Part shown: piece by piece, positions 1 to 10,098 of the stretch
Position numbering within the stretch: the first letter of the stretch is position 1
Layout: every line of letters begins with the position of its first letter
NCBI GenBank assembly: GCA_001770205.1
Contig: MEQL01000008.1
Location: forward strand, 1 to 57,390
Direction of reading: 5' to 3'
Length of the DNA: 57,390 bases
DNA from: Bdellovibrionales bacterium RIFOXYD12_FULL_39_22
GTDB lineage: Bacteria > Bdellovibrionota > Bacteriovoracia > Bacteriovoracales > Bacteriovoracaceae
Notes under the pieces: model-generated
What the model was told of the DNA's origin: nothing
What the model saw: only the letters and a program-made list of their open reading frames with translations
Database searches by the model: none
Made by a program: the position numbers and the translations under genes

Positions 1-189
1 TACAGGCAGGAGAACCAATGAAATATCTCATGTAGTATACGAACATAAAAACATGGCCGTAAAATCAGCTAGTTGTGGCCCAACTGTCAAACTCGGGACA
101 AAGGTTTGAGGGGCCAAACCAGACAGAACCAGACAGCTCAAAATTATTTTTCAAAAAAATTCCGTATTAACAAATGGTTGGATTAAAAG

Positions 190-280
190 TGGCGGAGAGA
201 TAGGGATTTGAACCCTAGGTAGCGGAAACCGCTACTCCGGATTTCGAATCCGGCCCGTTCGACCACTCCGGCATCTCTCC
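190..280 (-). tRNA. tRNA-Ser(CGA), long variable arm, encoded CCA
   Basis: Reverse complement reads GGAGAGATGCCGGAGTGGTCGAACGGGCCGGATTCGAAATCCGGAGTAGCGGTTTCCGCTACCTAGGGTTCAAATCCCTATCTCTCCGCCA. Acceptor stem GGAGAGA/TCTCTCC, anticodon loop TTCGAAA, variable arm GTAGCGG/CCGCTAC, GTTCAAATC T-loop. Confidence 0.97.
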
Positions 281-314
281 GTGGCCAATTTAGTGATAAA
301 ACAGAATAAAAAAT

Positions 315-1550
315 TTACCGCCGCTTTGCAAATAAATTTCTATCCAACTGCAACTTCAAATCATTTAAAACGTTGGTGTAGGTAATAAAGGCATCATGCG
401 GAGAAGCATAGGGGCTAAAGTAGTTGTGAATATCCCCATCACTAGAGTTTTTTATGCTGGCATAATAAAAATGATCGGAACTTTGCAGTTTTCTCCAAGT
501 ATGAATAACATCCAAATTCCCAGATGCCTTAACCATACTTTCCAACGAGAAGGCAAAATCAAAAGCACAATTTTGCATTGAATTACCCATCCAGGCAGAA
601 AGATCACGCTCCTTGTCCGCCCAAGAAATATAATTTTCGACATCTAACTCTCCTTTGACAGGAAAAGTCGAGGCCACTTCTGAAGGAGTCATAAAAAGAT
701 ATTTTCCCCTAGAAAGGTGGCCCTCTAATATCTCTTGAGGAAATTCCTCTAAAAATTTAAAAATCCCCGAATCTTCCCACTGATGTTCTCCAAATGTTTC
801 ATAATCCATAAACAGATTTATTACATCATCATGGGTGGCCACTTGCCTAATCCAGCGAGCATATTTCTCGGGTGCCAGTGGATAATCTTTCCATTTTCTA
901 TCAGAAAATCTAAAAGCGATATCATCTGACAATTTATAATTTTTCAGCAACAAGCGAATATTTTTGTTTCCCTTAGCATTATAGACAAAATTCGGACTTC
1001 GTAGGCCTAATACACTGTCGCTGCCCTCAGTTAAAATAGTTTTGTATCCCAAATGCTTAACAATTTGAGCAATCTTATTGCTATAAATGAGTTCAGTATT
1101 CCTGAAGGTGGTACCGCGGGCAGCAGCTGGGCCAAAAACATTTTCCAACAATTTATTATGCAAATTAATCTGTTCAATAAATTCCTCTGGTGATTTCAAA
1201 AATGCCAGGGAGTGATAATAACTTTCATGAATCAACTCTACATTACCAGAAGCAATCAACTCCCGAAAAGAGTCTATAACTTCTGGTGCATACAATGAAA
1301 ATTGCTCTAGAGCAGTTCCGCTAATGGAATAACTAACCTTAAAACGCTCTTTGTGTCTTTTTATAAGTTTTAAAATAAGCCGATTGGCCGGCAAGTAGCA
1401 TTTGTTGGCAACTTTAACAATAATATCGCGATTAGTTTTGCTATCCTCATAACCATCAGGTCCCTTGCAACTACCTATAGCAAAAAAATCAAAATCCTTT
1501 TTTAGCCGAAAGGGCTGATGAACCTGAAAATAAAAACAGATGGCCTTCAT
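315..1550 (-). CDS. Glycoside hydrolase family 57 (alpha-amylase-like)
   Basis: HQP at N-terminus, YYHS, FRNTEL (nucleophile Glu), DYETFGEH, SDHFYY motifs. Confidence 0.92.
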   Translation of the reverse strand: MKAICFYFQVHQPFRLKKDFDFFAIGSCKGPDGYEDSKTNRDIIVKVANKCYLPANRLILKLIKRHKERFKVSYSISGTALEQFSLYAPEVIDSFRELIASGNVELIHESYYHSLAFLKSPEEFIEQINLHNKLLENVFGPAAARGTTFRNTELIYSNKIAQIVKHLGYKTILTEGSDSVLGLRSPNFVYNAKGNKNIRLLLKNYKLSDDIAFRFSDRKWKDYPLAPEKYARWIRQVATHDDVINLFMDYETFGEHQWEDSGIFKFLEEFPQEILEGHLSRGKYLFMTPSEVASTFPVKGELDVENYISWADKERDLSAWMGNSMQNCAFDFAFSLESMVKASGNLDVIHTWRKLQSSDHFYYASIKNSSDGDIHNYFSPYASPHDAFITYTNVLNDLKLQLDRNLFAKRR

Positions 1551-1577
1551 TTTCTGCTCGCTTAATTCTAGTTTGAC

Positions 1578-2912
1578 TTAGAAAAATTTTTTATAAATGG
1601 CCAGAAGATCTTCTGCGGTATTATTCCAATCAATTCTTTCCACCGCCTTGACACTCTTTTTGGAAAGTCGCTTGGCAAATTTTTTGTCGGTTAAAACTTT
1701 TATGATTGCTGCTGACAATTTATCTACATCCCAAAAATCTACCAAAATAGCATCATCGCCTAATAATTCACTCACTCCTGATTGTTTCGAAACAATTACA
1801 GGAACACCATGTCTCATTGCTTCTAGTGGTGTAATACCAAAAGGCTCTGAAACTGATGGCATTACATATAAATCACTCATCGCAAATAATTTTTCACGCT
1901 CTACCTGACTTAAAAAACCGGTAAAGTGAAAGCGATCAACAATGCGCATCTCTGCCATTTTTTCAATCATCTTCTTTGAAAGGTCTCCTGCTCCGGCCAT
2001 TACGAAACGAACATCTTTATATTTTTTTATAACTTTATTGGCCGCTTCAATAAAAAATTCTGGCCCTTTTTGCGCTGTAATTCGACCTAGAAAAAGTACA
2101 ATCTTATCTTTGGCCAATTCTGACTTATCTAAAACGGAATTAATCTGTAGCGCAACCTCTTTTTCTACGGCATTGTAGACAACTTCAATCTTGGCCGGGT
2201 CAATATTGTAACGATTGACAATAAGCTCTTTAGTCCGCTTACTAACGGCCACTATTTTGTCGGCCATATCCATGCCATATTTTTCAATACAATAAATTTC
2301 CGAATTAATATGGCCAGCAGTTCTATCAAACTCTGTAGCATGAATATGCACTACCAGTGGTTTTCCTGAAACATTTTTTGCCTCTACCGCCGCCTTAAAC
2401 GTCATCCAATCATGAGCATGGATAACATCAAAACTCTCTTTTTGTGAGATATATTTTCCGACAAGAGCATAGCGTTCAACTTCGGCCATAAGCGAAGAAC
2501 CATAAATATCGTTGTTAATCTTCGCTACAGAAAAATTTTTACCACTTCTTTGTGCCACAAATTGCAATTCTTCTTGATGCTGAATATGCTCGATGTAGCT
2601 CTCTTCCGTCATATACGGATGAAGCATCGCATCTATCTTATACTCTTTAAGTAAGGCCTGGGTAAAAAGCTCTTCTTTGCCCAATCCTCCTCCCCAACGA
2701 ACTCCCTCTTCTGTGGCCATTTCTGGGCCTAAAATATCGTCTGGCCGGATAATCTTAACTGGCGCGCTTCCGTAGTCAAAATTAGATTTGGGGACCACAA
2801 AAACCACTTCAATGCCTAGCGAGGTTAATGCCTGGGTTATACCAAAACATGCCGTACCAAGCCCTCCGCTTATGTGTGGAGGAAACTCCCATCCAAACAT
2901 CAAGATTTTCAT
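1578..2912 (-). CDS. GT4 glycosyltransferase (glycogen-synthase-like)
   Basis: WEFPP..SGGLG, HAHDW, EPFGITPLEA motifs; co-oriented with GH57. Confidence 0.92.
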   Translation of the reverse strand: MKILMFGWEFPPHISGGLGTACFGITQALTSLGIEVVFVVPKSNFDYGSAPVKIIRPDDILGPEMATEEGVRWGGGLGKEELFTQALLKEYKIDAMLHPYMTEESYIEHIQHQEELQFVAQRSGKNFSVAKINNDIYGSSLMAEVERYALVGKYISQKESFDVIHAHDWMTFKAAVEAKNVSGKPLVVHIHATEFDRTAGHINSEIYCIEKYGMDMADKIVAVSKRTKELIVNRYNIDPAKIEVVYNAVEKEVALQINSVLDKSELAKDKIVLFLGRITAQKGPEFFIEAANKVIKKYKDVRFVMAGAGDLSKKMIEKMAEMRIVDRFHFTGFLSQVEREKLFAMSDLYVMPSVSEPFGITPLEAMRHGVPVIVSKQSGVSELLGDDAILVDFWDVDKLSAAIIKVLTDKKFAKRLSKKSVKAVERIDWNNTAEDLLAIYKKFF

Positions 2913-3045
2913 ACTTTGACCTCTAAATAATTTTTACAACTATATATCACATTAAAGAGGCCATCCGTCCAAACATTTTTTTTAATTTTCTTTGTAATAT
3001 ATTTAGAAATTAGTAGAGCAATTACCTCAGAATTTACGCATAGAA

Positions 3046-4665
3046 CTATTTAAATTGATCTGGCTGCACCACTCGCTGCAAAAAAGGAATAAGATGTTTA
3101 TTAAATTTTGCTTCACTCATCTGAATATGCACTACGGCATCGTGCACTTTGTATCCAGTAGAAATTAATCCATCATAAAAATTGGCCAAGGATATGATCT
3201 GGGTATGAATAGAAAGATGACGTTTCATCAATTTATTCGGAAATCCCGTGCCATCCATGCACTCATGATGCTGTCTTACAATCTCTAAAATTTTCTCTGG
3301 AAATATATTCCGGGCCACTAACAAAGACTCACCTACTTCAATGTGACGCAAATAATTTTTACGCACCTCTTCGGTAGTATCATCTAAATTTACAAATGTC
3401 TCGATTCCAAGAGTAACTTTTCCGATGTCATGAAGTAGCCCACCTAGTAAAATAATATCTCGATTGTAAGCATTATCATCCAAAATTGACTCAAAAACAG
3501 AAACGCCACCTGTTCGATTCTTCTCTTTTTTGTCGATAAATATTTTCTCCATAATGGCCAAGCTAATCGTGGCAACTCGCAGAGCATGCTGATACACCCC
3601 AGACCCCTTCTGCATATGTAAAAGATCTTTTAATCCATTTTGCATACTGCCAGAGATAAATTTAACAAGCGTGGACGAAACTTTCTTTAAACTATGCAAA
3701 TTATCACGTGATGGATCTTTAAAAATCCTATCGACTTTTCTCTTAGTATAATCATTAACCAACACCGTACAATCTTCGCAAGGAGTCTCTTTGGCCTCTA
3801 CAATTTTATCAATAACTCTATCCAAATATGCCTGATATTTAGGTTCATCAACTTCTGCAACAAAAAGCTGTTTAATGCCATGTTTTTTTAAAATATTTTG
3901 ATGGCCATCTACTAAAACAGTATTGGCCTTAATTAACTGCTCAAACTTAAGACAACTTCCTCTCCGAAAAAGCGCAAAATCAACTAATTCATTTTTTACC
4001 AACGTTGATACTCGCACCGGAGCATAGAGAGAATCGTCAATACTCAAATAATCTTCCGACCGGATATAAAGCTCTCCCACTCCTTTGGTTTTAAGAATAT
4101 TCAATTTTTCTTTATGAACATTATCACCTTTTTTAAAAACATGGATAAACTTACTACTACCTAAGCGCACGTATAGATCAAAAGGATAGACATCTCTTTC
4201 TAACAAGCGCTCTACATCATATAAAATATACCCTTCTTGATTTTTTTGCGCTTTACTCAAAGTTCGCTTAACTTCCTGGGCCACTTGCTCAAGAGTTGCT
4301 GGTTTTTCCAAAAAACCCTGAAATCCTATTTCAATATTCTCAATCAACTCCAAAATATCCATGTAAGAAGAGTGTAAAATGATCGGAACTTTTGGGTATT
4401 TTTTTAAAACCTCTTTGGCCAGCTTTATGCCACTCATCTCCGGCATTTTTAAATCTGTAATAATCAAATCGGGGATAAAATCCTCAGTAATTTTAGCAAG
4501 GGCATCTACTCCATTTTGGGCCTTACGAATCTCTGAAAGTGGAAATTCTAATTCTAACTTGGTTTCGATAACTTCTAATACATCCGCATGATCATCTACG
4601 ATTAATATCTTTAAATTATCAATCTTCTCATTAATCTCTACAGAAAAAATATCATTATCACTCAT
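3046..4665 (-). CDS. Response regulator receiver + HD-GYP-like phosphohydrolase
   Basis: N-terminal REC (IVDD, TDLKMP, KP); C-terminal LLHDIGK and QHHECMDGTGFP. Confidence 0.88.
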   Translation of the reverse strand: MSDNDIFSVEINEKIDNLKILIVDDHADVLEVIETKLELEFPLSEIRKAQNGVDALAKITEDFIPDLIITDLKMPEMSGIKLAKEVLKKYPKVPIILHSSYMDILELIENIEIGFQGFLEKPATLEQVAQEVKRTLSKAQKNQEGYILYDVERLLERDVYPFDLYVRLGSSKFIHVFKKGDNVHKEKLNILKTKGVGELYIRSEDYLSIDDSLYAPVRVSTLVKNELVDFALFRRGSCLKFEQLIKANTVLVDGHQNILKKHGIKQLFVAEVDEPKYQAYLDRVIDKIVEAKETPCEDCTVLVNDYTKRKVDRIFKDPSRDNLHSLKKVSSTLVKFISGSMQNGLKDLLHMQKGSGVYQHALRVATISLAIMEKIFIDKKEKNRTGGVSVFESILDDNAYNRDIILLGGLLHDIGKVTLGIETFVNLDDTTEEVRKNYLRHIEVGESLLVARNIFPEKILEIVRQHHECMDGTGFPNKLMKRHLSIHTQIISLANFYDGLISTGYKVHDAVVHIQMSEAKFNKHLIPFLQRVVQPDQFK

Positions 4666-4795
4666 ATGGCACCCAAAGAAGAATTCTTAAAAATTAGTAA
4701 GAGCAAATAAGATGATAATCCCTAGTTAGTAAAAATATAATAAGAAAAAAATTCCTGACCATAAAGCTTACTTCGTTCTTAAAAAAAATATTCAG

Positions 4796-6547
4796 CTAAT
4801 CTTTAAGTGAAATAAACTTAAATTGCCTGACATCAAAAAGTCCCATATCCGTTATCTTAAGAGTTGGAATAACTGGCAAGGCCAAAAAGGCCAGTTGCAA
4901 AAATGGTTCTGGGAGTAATACACCTAATCGCTTTGTTTCTTTTTTTAACTTTTCTAAACTAGCAGCAATCTCTTTTGCGCTGTCTTTGGAGATTATACCG
5001 GCAATTTGCAAGGCCAATTGCGCACAAATTTTGCCTCGTTCTGCTACGCAAAAACCTCCACCAATTTTAATTAGATTATTTACAGCGCAGGCCATATCCT
5101 CTTCGTCTTTTCCCACTACAATTATATTATGAGAGTCATGTGCTACAGAAGAAGCAATCGCTCCACAAGAGAGGCCAAAACCTTTTACCAATCCCAATGA
5201 AGGCGCTATATTCTTACCATGACGCTCAATTACTGCAATTTTTAATACATCACTATCTTCAAATTTTGCGCCATCGTAGAATATTTTCTTATGATTAGTA
5301 ACAATTTCACCAGGAATTATCTCTATCACATTATAATTTCCCCGAGAAAATATCGTAGTTAAAAGCTCCGGTGCAAGCGGCCGACGTTTCATAGTATTTT
5401 GTAACGGTGCCTTGGATCGTCGCAGTTTTTCCTCAATAGAACCCTCCAGGCCCAGTTCTGCAAGAGGCCGGCCCTTAATAAATACCTCTTCAATTTTAAC
5501 TTGTGCTAAGTCACTTAAAAAAACCAAATCTGCCTGATATCCTGGAGCAACCAATCCTAATCGTTTTAATCCAAAATGTTTGGCCGCAGAAAAAGAGGCA
5601 ACCCTGTACGCAACTGCCAGTGGAATTTTGTGTTGATTGATTAACCGATATATCATGCTATTTATATGGCCATCTTGAGCAATTTCTAATGGATTTCGAT
5701 CATCTGTACAGAGAAAACATTGGGAAGAGTTAAACTCCGTAAGAAGTGGTGCCAGGGCATCTAGATTTTTTGCCACACTACCTTCTCTAATAATAAGCGA
5801 CATCCCTTTCTGAATTTTCTCACGTCCTTCCGCCGCCGAAATAGTCTCATGACAGGTTTGAATGCCTGCCGCCAAATAACCGTTTAATGCTTTTCCAACA
5901 AGTAGTGGACAGTGTCCATCCATGGCCATATCTGAAAAGGCCAAAATCTTTTCCAACACCTCTGGTGCCCCGTTAATTACACCGGGAAAATTCATCATCT
6001 CCGCCATGCCTAAAACATAAGAATCGTCATGATACTGTTTCATCTGCTCTAAGGAAAAAGTGGCCCCACTATTTTCATGGCCAGGCAAGGCCGGAACACA
6101 AGAACTAACCTGCACAAAAAGATTTTGCTGCATCAGCTGAGCACATCGTAAAAACCAGGAAAAACCATCATCTCCTAAAACATTTGTAATCTCATGTGGA
6201 TCGCAAATTGCGGTAGTAGTTCCTAATGGCAAAGTCATTTTTTCAAATTCAAATGGATTCATCATGGAAGATTCAATGTGCAAATGGCCATCAATAAAAC
6301 CTGGTACTACAGTAAGTCCGTTGGCATCCCAAACTTTAATAGCGGCCGCATCATGATACTCTGGCCCCACCCCCGCAATGGTTTTTCCAGCTAAAACAAG
6401 GGCCGATTCCAAAATCTCACCGCAAACCAAATCCAATATCTTAACATTTTTAATTAAAAGATCTGCCGGTCGATCTCCACGGGCCACCGCCAATACCTGA
6501 ATTAACTCTTCCATTGATAAACTTTGCGTTTGTTTTTGCATAAACAT
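4796..6547 (-). CDS. ade: Adenine deaminase
   Basis: PGFIDGHLHIESS, DPHEI, CHE, REGS, CTDDR, AHDSHN motifs. Confidence 0.95.
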   Translation of the reverse strand: MFMQKQTQSLSMEELIQVLAVARGDRPADLLIKNVKILDLVCGEILESALVLAGKTIAGVGPEYHDAAAIKVWDANGLTVVPGFIDGHLHIESSMMNPFEFEKMTLPLGTTTAICDPHEITNVLGDDGFSWFLRCAQLMQQNLFVQVSSCVPALPGHENSGATFSLEQMKQYHDDSYVLGMAEMMNFPGVINGAPEVLEKILAFSDMAMDGHCPLLVGKALNGYLAAGIQTCHETISAAEGREKIQKGMSLIIREGSVAKNLDALAPLLTEFNSSQCFLCTDDRNPLEIAQDGHINSMIYRLINQHKIPLAVAYRVASFSAAKHFGLKRLGLVAPGYQADLVFLSDLAQVKIEEVFIKGRPLAELGLEGSIEEKLRRSKAPLQNTMKRRPLAPELLTTIFSRGNYNVIEIIPGEIVTNHKKIFYDGAKFEDSDVLKIAVIERHGKNIAPSLGLVKGFGLSCGAIASSVAHDSHNIIVVGKDEEDMACAVNNLIKIGGGFCVAERGKICAQLALQIAGIISKDSAKEIAASLEKLKKETKRLGVLLPEPFLQLAFLALPVIPTLKITDMGLFDVRQFKFISLKD

Positions 6548-6624
6548 AACTCTCTTTTTTGCTTTGACACTTATGATACAAAATCATTGCACCACACTAA
6601 AATTTTGTCTATAACATTTTATCT

Positions 6625-7245
6625 ATGCACCACTTAGTTGCCAATGTTCCTCTCATCATTTTGGCCGCCGGCCAATCGACACGTATGGGTTTCCCCAAAG
6701 GGCTAATTGAAATTGACGGAAAAAAACTAATAAGCTCTCATCTAGAACACTTTTGGAAATGCGGAGGGCAAAAAATTATCGTGGTTTTAGGCGACTCTTT
6801 TGCGCAATATTTTCCTCTCCTTCAGGCCTTGGAAAGAAAAAATGATATCGTAACAATAATCAACGATAAAATTAAATTGGGCCCTTTTTATTCTATCCAA
6901 CTAGCACTCAAAGCTCTAGATCCTCTAACCCCGGGAGCTTTTATTAGGCCAATCGATTCTGCTCCACTATCATCTGACGTCTACTCTCTGCTTACGAGCA
7001 ACTCTTTAATGCTACAAAAAAAAGTTTCCATCCCAACATCTAGTGATGGAAAAGGTGGCCATCCTATTTTACTTAATCGCCTTTTCATCCAACAACTGCT
7101 GATTATTGATCCTGGCCACTCTTCCTACCGCTTAGATTTTCAAATTAGACATTTACCCCTTAATGAAATTTCTCGAGTGTCCTGTGATGATCCTTCAATT
7201 ACCACCAATCTTAATACCCCGGACGATCTGGTTACAAAAAAATAG
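6625..7245 (+). CDS. MobA/MocA-like nucleotidyltransferase
   Basis: IILAAGQSTRMGFPK, GGHP, NLNTPDD motifs. Confidence 0.85.
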   Translation: MHHLVANVPLIILAAGQSTRMGFPKGLIEIDGKKLISSHLEHFWKCGGQKIIVVLGDSFAQYFPLLQALERKNDIVTIINDKIKLGPFYSIQLALKALDPLTPGAFIRPIDSAPLSSDVYSLLTSNSLMLQKKVSIPTSSDGKGGHPILLNRLFIQQLLIIDPGHSSYRLDFQIRHLPLNEISRVSCDDPSITTNLNTPDDLVTKK

Positions 7246-7280
7246 TGACGTTCTTTCTCATCTTAAGTTAATCTCTGAGC

Positions 7281-9263
7281 ATGTCCTTATTATGCACTCT
7301 TAAAAATATTCACCTAACTTTTGCTAGCAAAAAAATTTTTGATGGTGCTAATTTTAATATTTCTACCGGAGATCGAATTGGACTTATTGGCCTAAACGGT
7401 AAAGGAAAAACCTCTCTCCTTAAAATTTTAACAGATAATCTTCGCCCTGATCATTCCACTCCCCCTTTTCAGTTTGATAAAACAAAGTCTAGCGACAACC
7501 AAAATGAAAACTTTTCCACTTTCCTGGTTCCTCAAGAATTACCTCTCGATGAGGGAGAAAATTACACTGTAAAAAACTACATCTTTCGTTTTTATCCCAA
7601 ACTACAACTAATCCATCAAGAACTAGAAGTAATAAATAGATCAATTGAACAATCCTCTGGCCTACAACAAGAAACTCTAGTTAACCAACAGATTAAATTA
7701 ATGGAGCAGATAGAGCAGCAAGGTGGCTGGGATCTTCTTTCTAGTTATGAGTCGTATCTAAAATATTTTGGGCTGCAAGATCTAAATACCGAAATTGAAG
7801 CCTTAAGTGGAGGCGAACAGAAAAAAGTTCTCTTATCCTTAGGACTGACGGCCCCGGCCTCTATTATTTTATGGGATGAACCGACTAATCATCTTGATCT
7901 AGAGGCCATTTTGCGCTTTGAAGAGATGTTGAATAGTTCGGACAAAGCATTCGTCTTAGTTACCCATGACCGACATCTTTTAGGAAAAGTGACCAATAAA
8001 ATCTTTCATATCAATAAGGAATTGATTAACACCTTCTCCGGAAGCTATCTAGACTTTCTCCACTTCTTAGCAGAAGAAGAACAATCTCTAGTAGCGCACA
8101 TGAATAAACTAGAAAACTCTATGCGCCGGGAGACGGCCTGGATGCGTCAAGGAATTAAGGCACGTGGGACTCGTAGTAAAAAACGAGTGGAAGGATACAA
8201 TAACCTTCGCGATAAAATAAAAGCGATTAAAGAAAACGCTCAACGCCAATTAGGCCTCAATATAGTCGCCTCACAACGCAAAACCAAAATTTTGGCCCAA
8301 CTTGTCGATGTTGCTTTTTCCTTCGAAGATCGACAACTTTTTTCAAACATCAACCTCTCTACACAGAAAGGAGATAAAATCGGCCTACTCGGAGCAAACG
8401 GAGTAGGGAAAACCACTCTGATAAACTTAATTACAAAAAAACTCTCTCCCTCCACCGGTTCCATCAAAATGGCGGAGGGAATAACCATCCAGCACTTCAC
8501 TCAAAAACGTGAGGCCATCGATCCCAATAAAACTCCCGCTGAAATTTTAGGCAATGGTTCTGACTTTGTTACCCTACCCGATGGCCGACGACAACATATC
8601 AGTGCCTATTTTGAAAGCTATCTCTTTTCTAAGGCCGAACTCAATCGCCCAATATCTACCTTTTCCGGTGGAGAAAAAAATCGCTTGCAAATGGCCTTAA
8701 ACTTTTTACGCCCGGCCGATCTATGGATTTTTGATGAACCCACTAATGACCTAGATTTAGCAACCTTGCAAATTCTAGAAAATAATTTGACGAAATTTGA
8801 AGGTTCATTAATTTTAGTAAGTCATGATCGCAGTTTCCTGGCCAATGTCACCAACAAAATATGGCTGCTAAGAGATAAAAAAATTGAACTCTTCACCGGT
8901 GGCTATGAACAAGCAGAAGAGTATCTTGATGCTCTAACACTTGAAGATATTATTCAGCATGATGAAGAAGAGGGGCAAGAACAAACAGGCGAAAAGAACT
9001 CTCCTCTTCAAACCGACGCCCTAACTCCTCTCAAGCTTTCTGGCAAGCAAAAGGCCCGCCTAAATGCGCTCCCAACGTTAATAAAGCAAGCAGAGAGTGA
9101 TCTGACAAACATCAATAGCGAAATTGATCTCTTTGATTTTTTGTCCATGAATCAACAAAAACAAAAAGAATTTTTCCAACTGGAACAAAAGCGAAATGAG
9201 TTAGAAGAGATGCTATTGTCGCTGTATGAAGAGCAAGAAGAGCTACTCGCAATTGCAAACTAA
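7281..9263 (+). CDS. uup: ABC-F family ATPase (Uup-like)
   Basis: Two ABC cassettes (GLNGKGKT/LSGGE/DEPTNHLD; GANGVGKT/FSGGE/DEPTNDLD), WMRQGIKARGT linker, C-terminal coiled coil. Confidence 0.88.
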   Translation: MSLLCTLKNIHLTFASKKIFDGANFNISTGDRIGLIGLNGKGKTSLLKILTDNLRPDHSTPPFQFDKTKSSDNQNENFSTFLVPQELPLDEGENYTVKNYIFRFYPKLQLIHQELEVINRSIEQSSGLQQETLVNQQIKLMEQIEQQGGWDLLSSYESYLKYFGLQDLNTEIEALSGGEQKKVLLSLGLTAPASIILWDEPTNHLDLEAILRFEEMLNSSDKAFVLVTHDRHLLGKVTNKIFHINKELINTFSGSYLDFLHFLAEEEQSLVAHMNKLENSMRRETAWMRQGIKARGTRSKKRVEGYNNLRDKIKAIKENAQRQLGLNIVASQRKTKILAQLVDVAFSFEDRQLFSNINLSTQKGDKIGLLGANGVGKTTLINLITKKLSPSTGSIKMAEGITIQHFTQKREAIDPNKTPAEILGNGSDFVTLPDGRRQHISAYFESYLFSKAELNRPISTFSGGEKNRLQMALNFLRPADLWIFDEPTNDLDLATLQILENNLTKFEGSLILVSHDRSFLANVTNKIWLLRDKKIELFTGGYEQAEEYLDALTLEDIIQHDEEEGQEQTGEKNSPLQTDALTPLKLSGKQKARLNALPTLIKQAESDLTNINSEIDLFDFLSMNQQKQKEFFQLEQKRNELEEMLLSLYEEQEELLAIAN

Positions 9264-9992
9264 GGCCTCTCCTTCTTGCATGCAACCGATAGCAATTCCA
9301 GAGGTAGTTAGTGTTTCTAAGCGAGTTATTATACCATTTTCTAACTCATAAAATACTACCTGATTATTGGCCAAAACCATATTGCCGGCCGACCTTTTCC
9401 AAAGAAGCTCTCCTGATTTTAAAAAATGACTAAGCTTACCTTCCCAATCTTGTGCCCCTTGAAAATCGGAGTCAATTCGCTCGGGCAATCCATCAGCATC
9501 TAATTTAAAAAGATAGACCTGTTTACTGCGCCCACCGCTATCTAATTCCTCCAAGGCCACTTGTAAACGACGATGCTCTCCGTTTGGCAATACAATTTCA
9601 TAATTTTCAAAATCAGAAACGGTAGAAACAATCTGAGTTCGCTCCTGCAAATAACTAACTAGCGAGTCAAAATTGTCTTGAGAAAGGCCATCATCACAAT
9701 AACGATCAACCAAATAATCAACATTCTCCTCGCCTGCTTCTTCTGCTGCGATTGCTTGCTTTTTATTAATTTGATCTCTTTCCTGGCCGGTAACACTTAT
9801 ACTTTTTGATTTCTTGGCATTAACACTATCTTGAATCAAAGCTGTCTTCTGTGTGGTTGTTCGGCCACTTTTACTATCATTTGAGATTGATTGTCTGGAC
9901 GTGTCAGGACTTAAGCTTTTCTGATTTAACCATTTAGAAATAGCAAATGTTGTTATAAGTATGCAAAAAAGAAGAATGTAACGCTTTTTCAT
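9243..9992 (-). CDS. Hypothetical membrane-anchored/exported protein
   Basis: ORF track 9243..10028. Likely start MKKRY at 9992 after GAGAGG, followed by a hydrophobic segment. Confidence 0.7.
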   Translation of the reverse strand: MKKRYILLFCILITTFAISKWLNQKSLSPDTSRQSISNDSKSGRTTTQKTALIQDSVNAKKSKSISVTGQERDQINKKQAIAAEEAGEENVDYLVDRYCDDGLSQDNFDSLVSYLQERTQIVSTVSDFENYEIVLPNGEHRRLQVALEELDSGGRSKQVYLFKLDADGLPERIDSDFQGAQDWEGKLSHFLKSGELLWKRSAGNMVLANNQVVFYELENGIITRLETLTTSGIAIGCMQEGEALVCNCE

Positions 9993-10098
9993 AGAAAACC
10001 TCTCTGCTACGAAAACGAGACAGCTCAAGCGGCATCCTGCCTCAGTTATTATAGTGAGTCAAAGAAAAATCCTACTCTGTACTATTTTCACGGGCAGA

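Noticed and set aside
315..2912. GT4 + GH57 pair as a novel system
   Set aside because: A common alpha-glucan metabolism gene pair.
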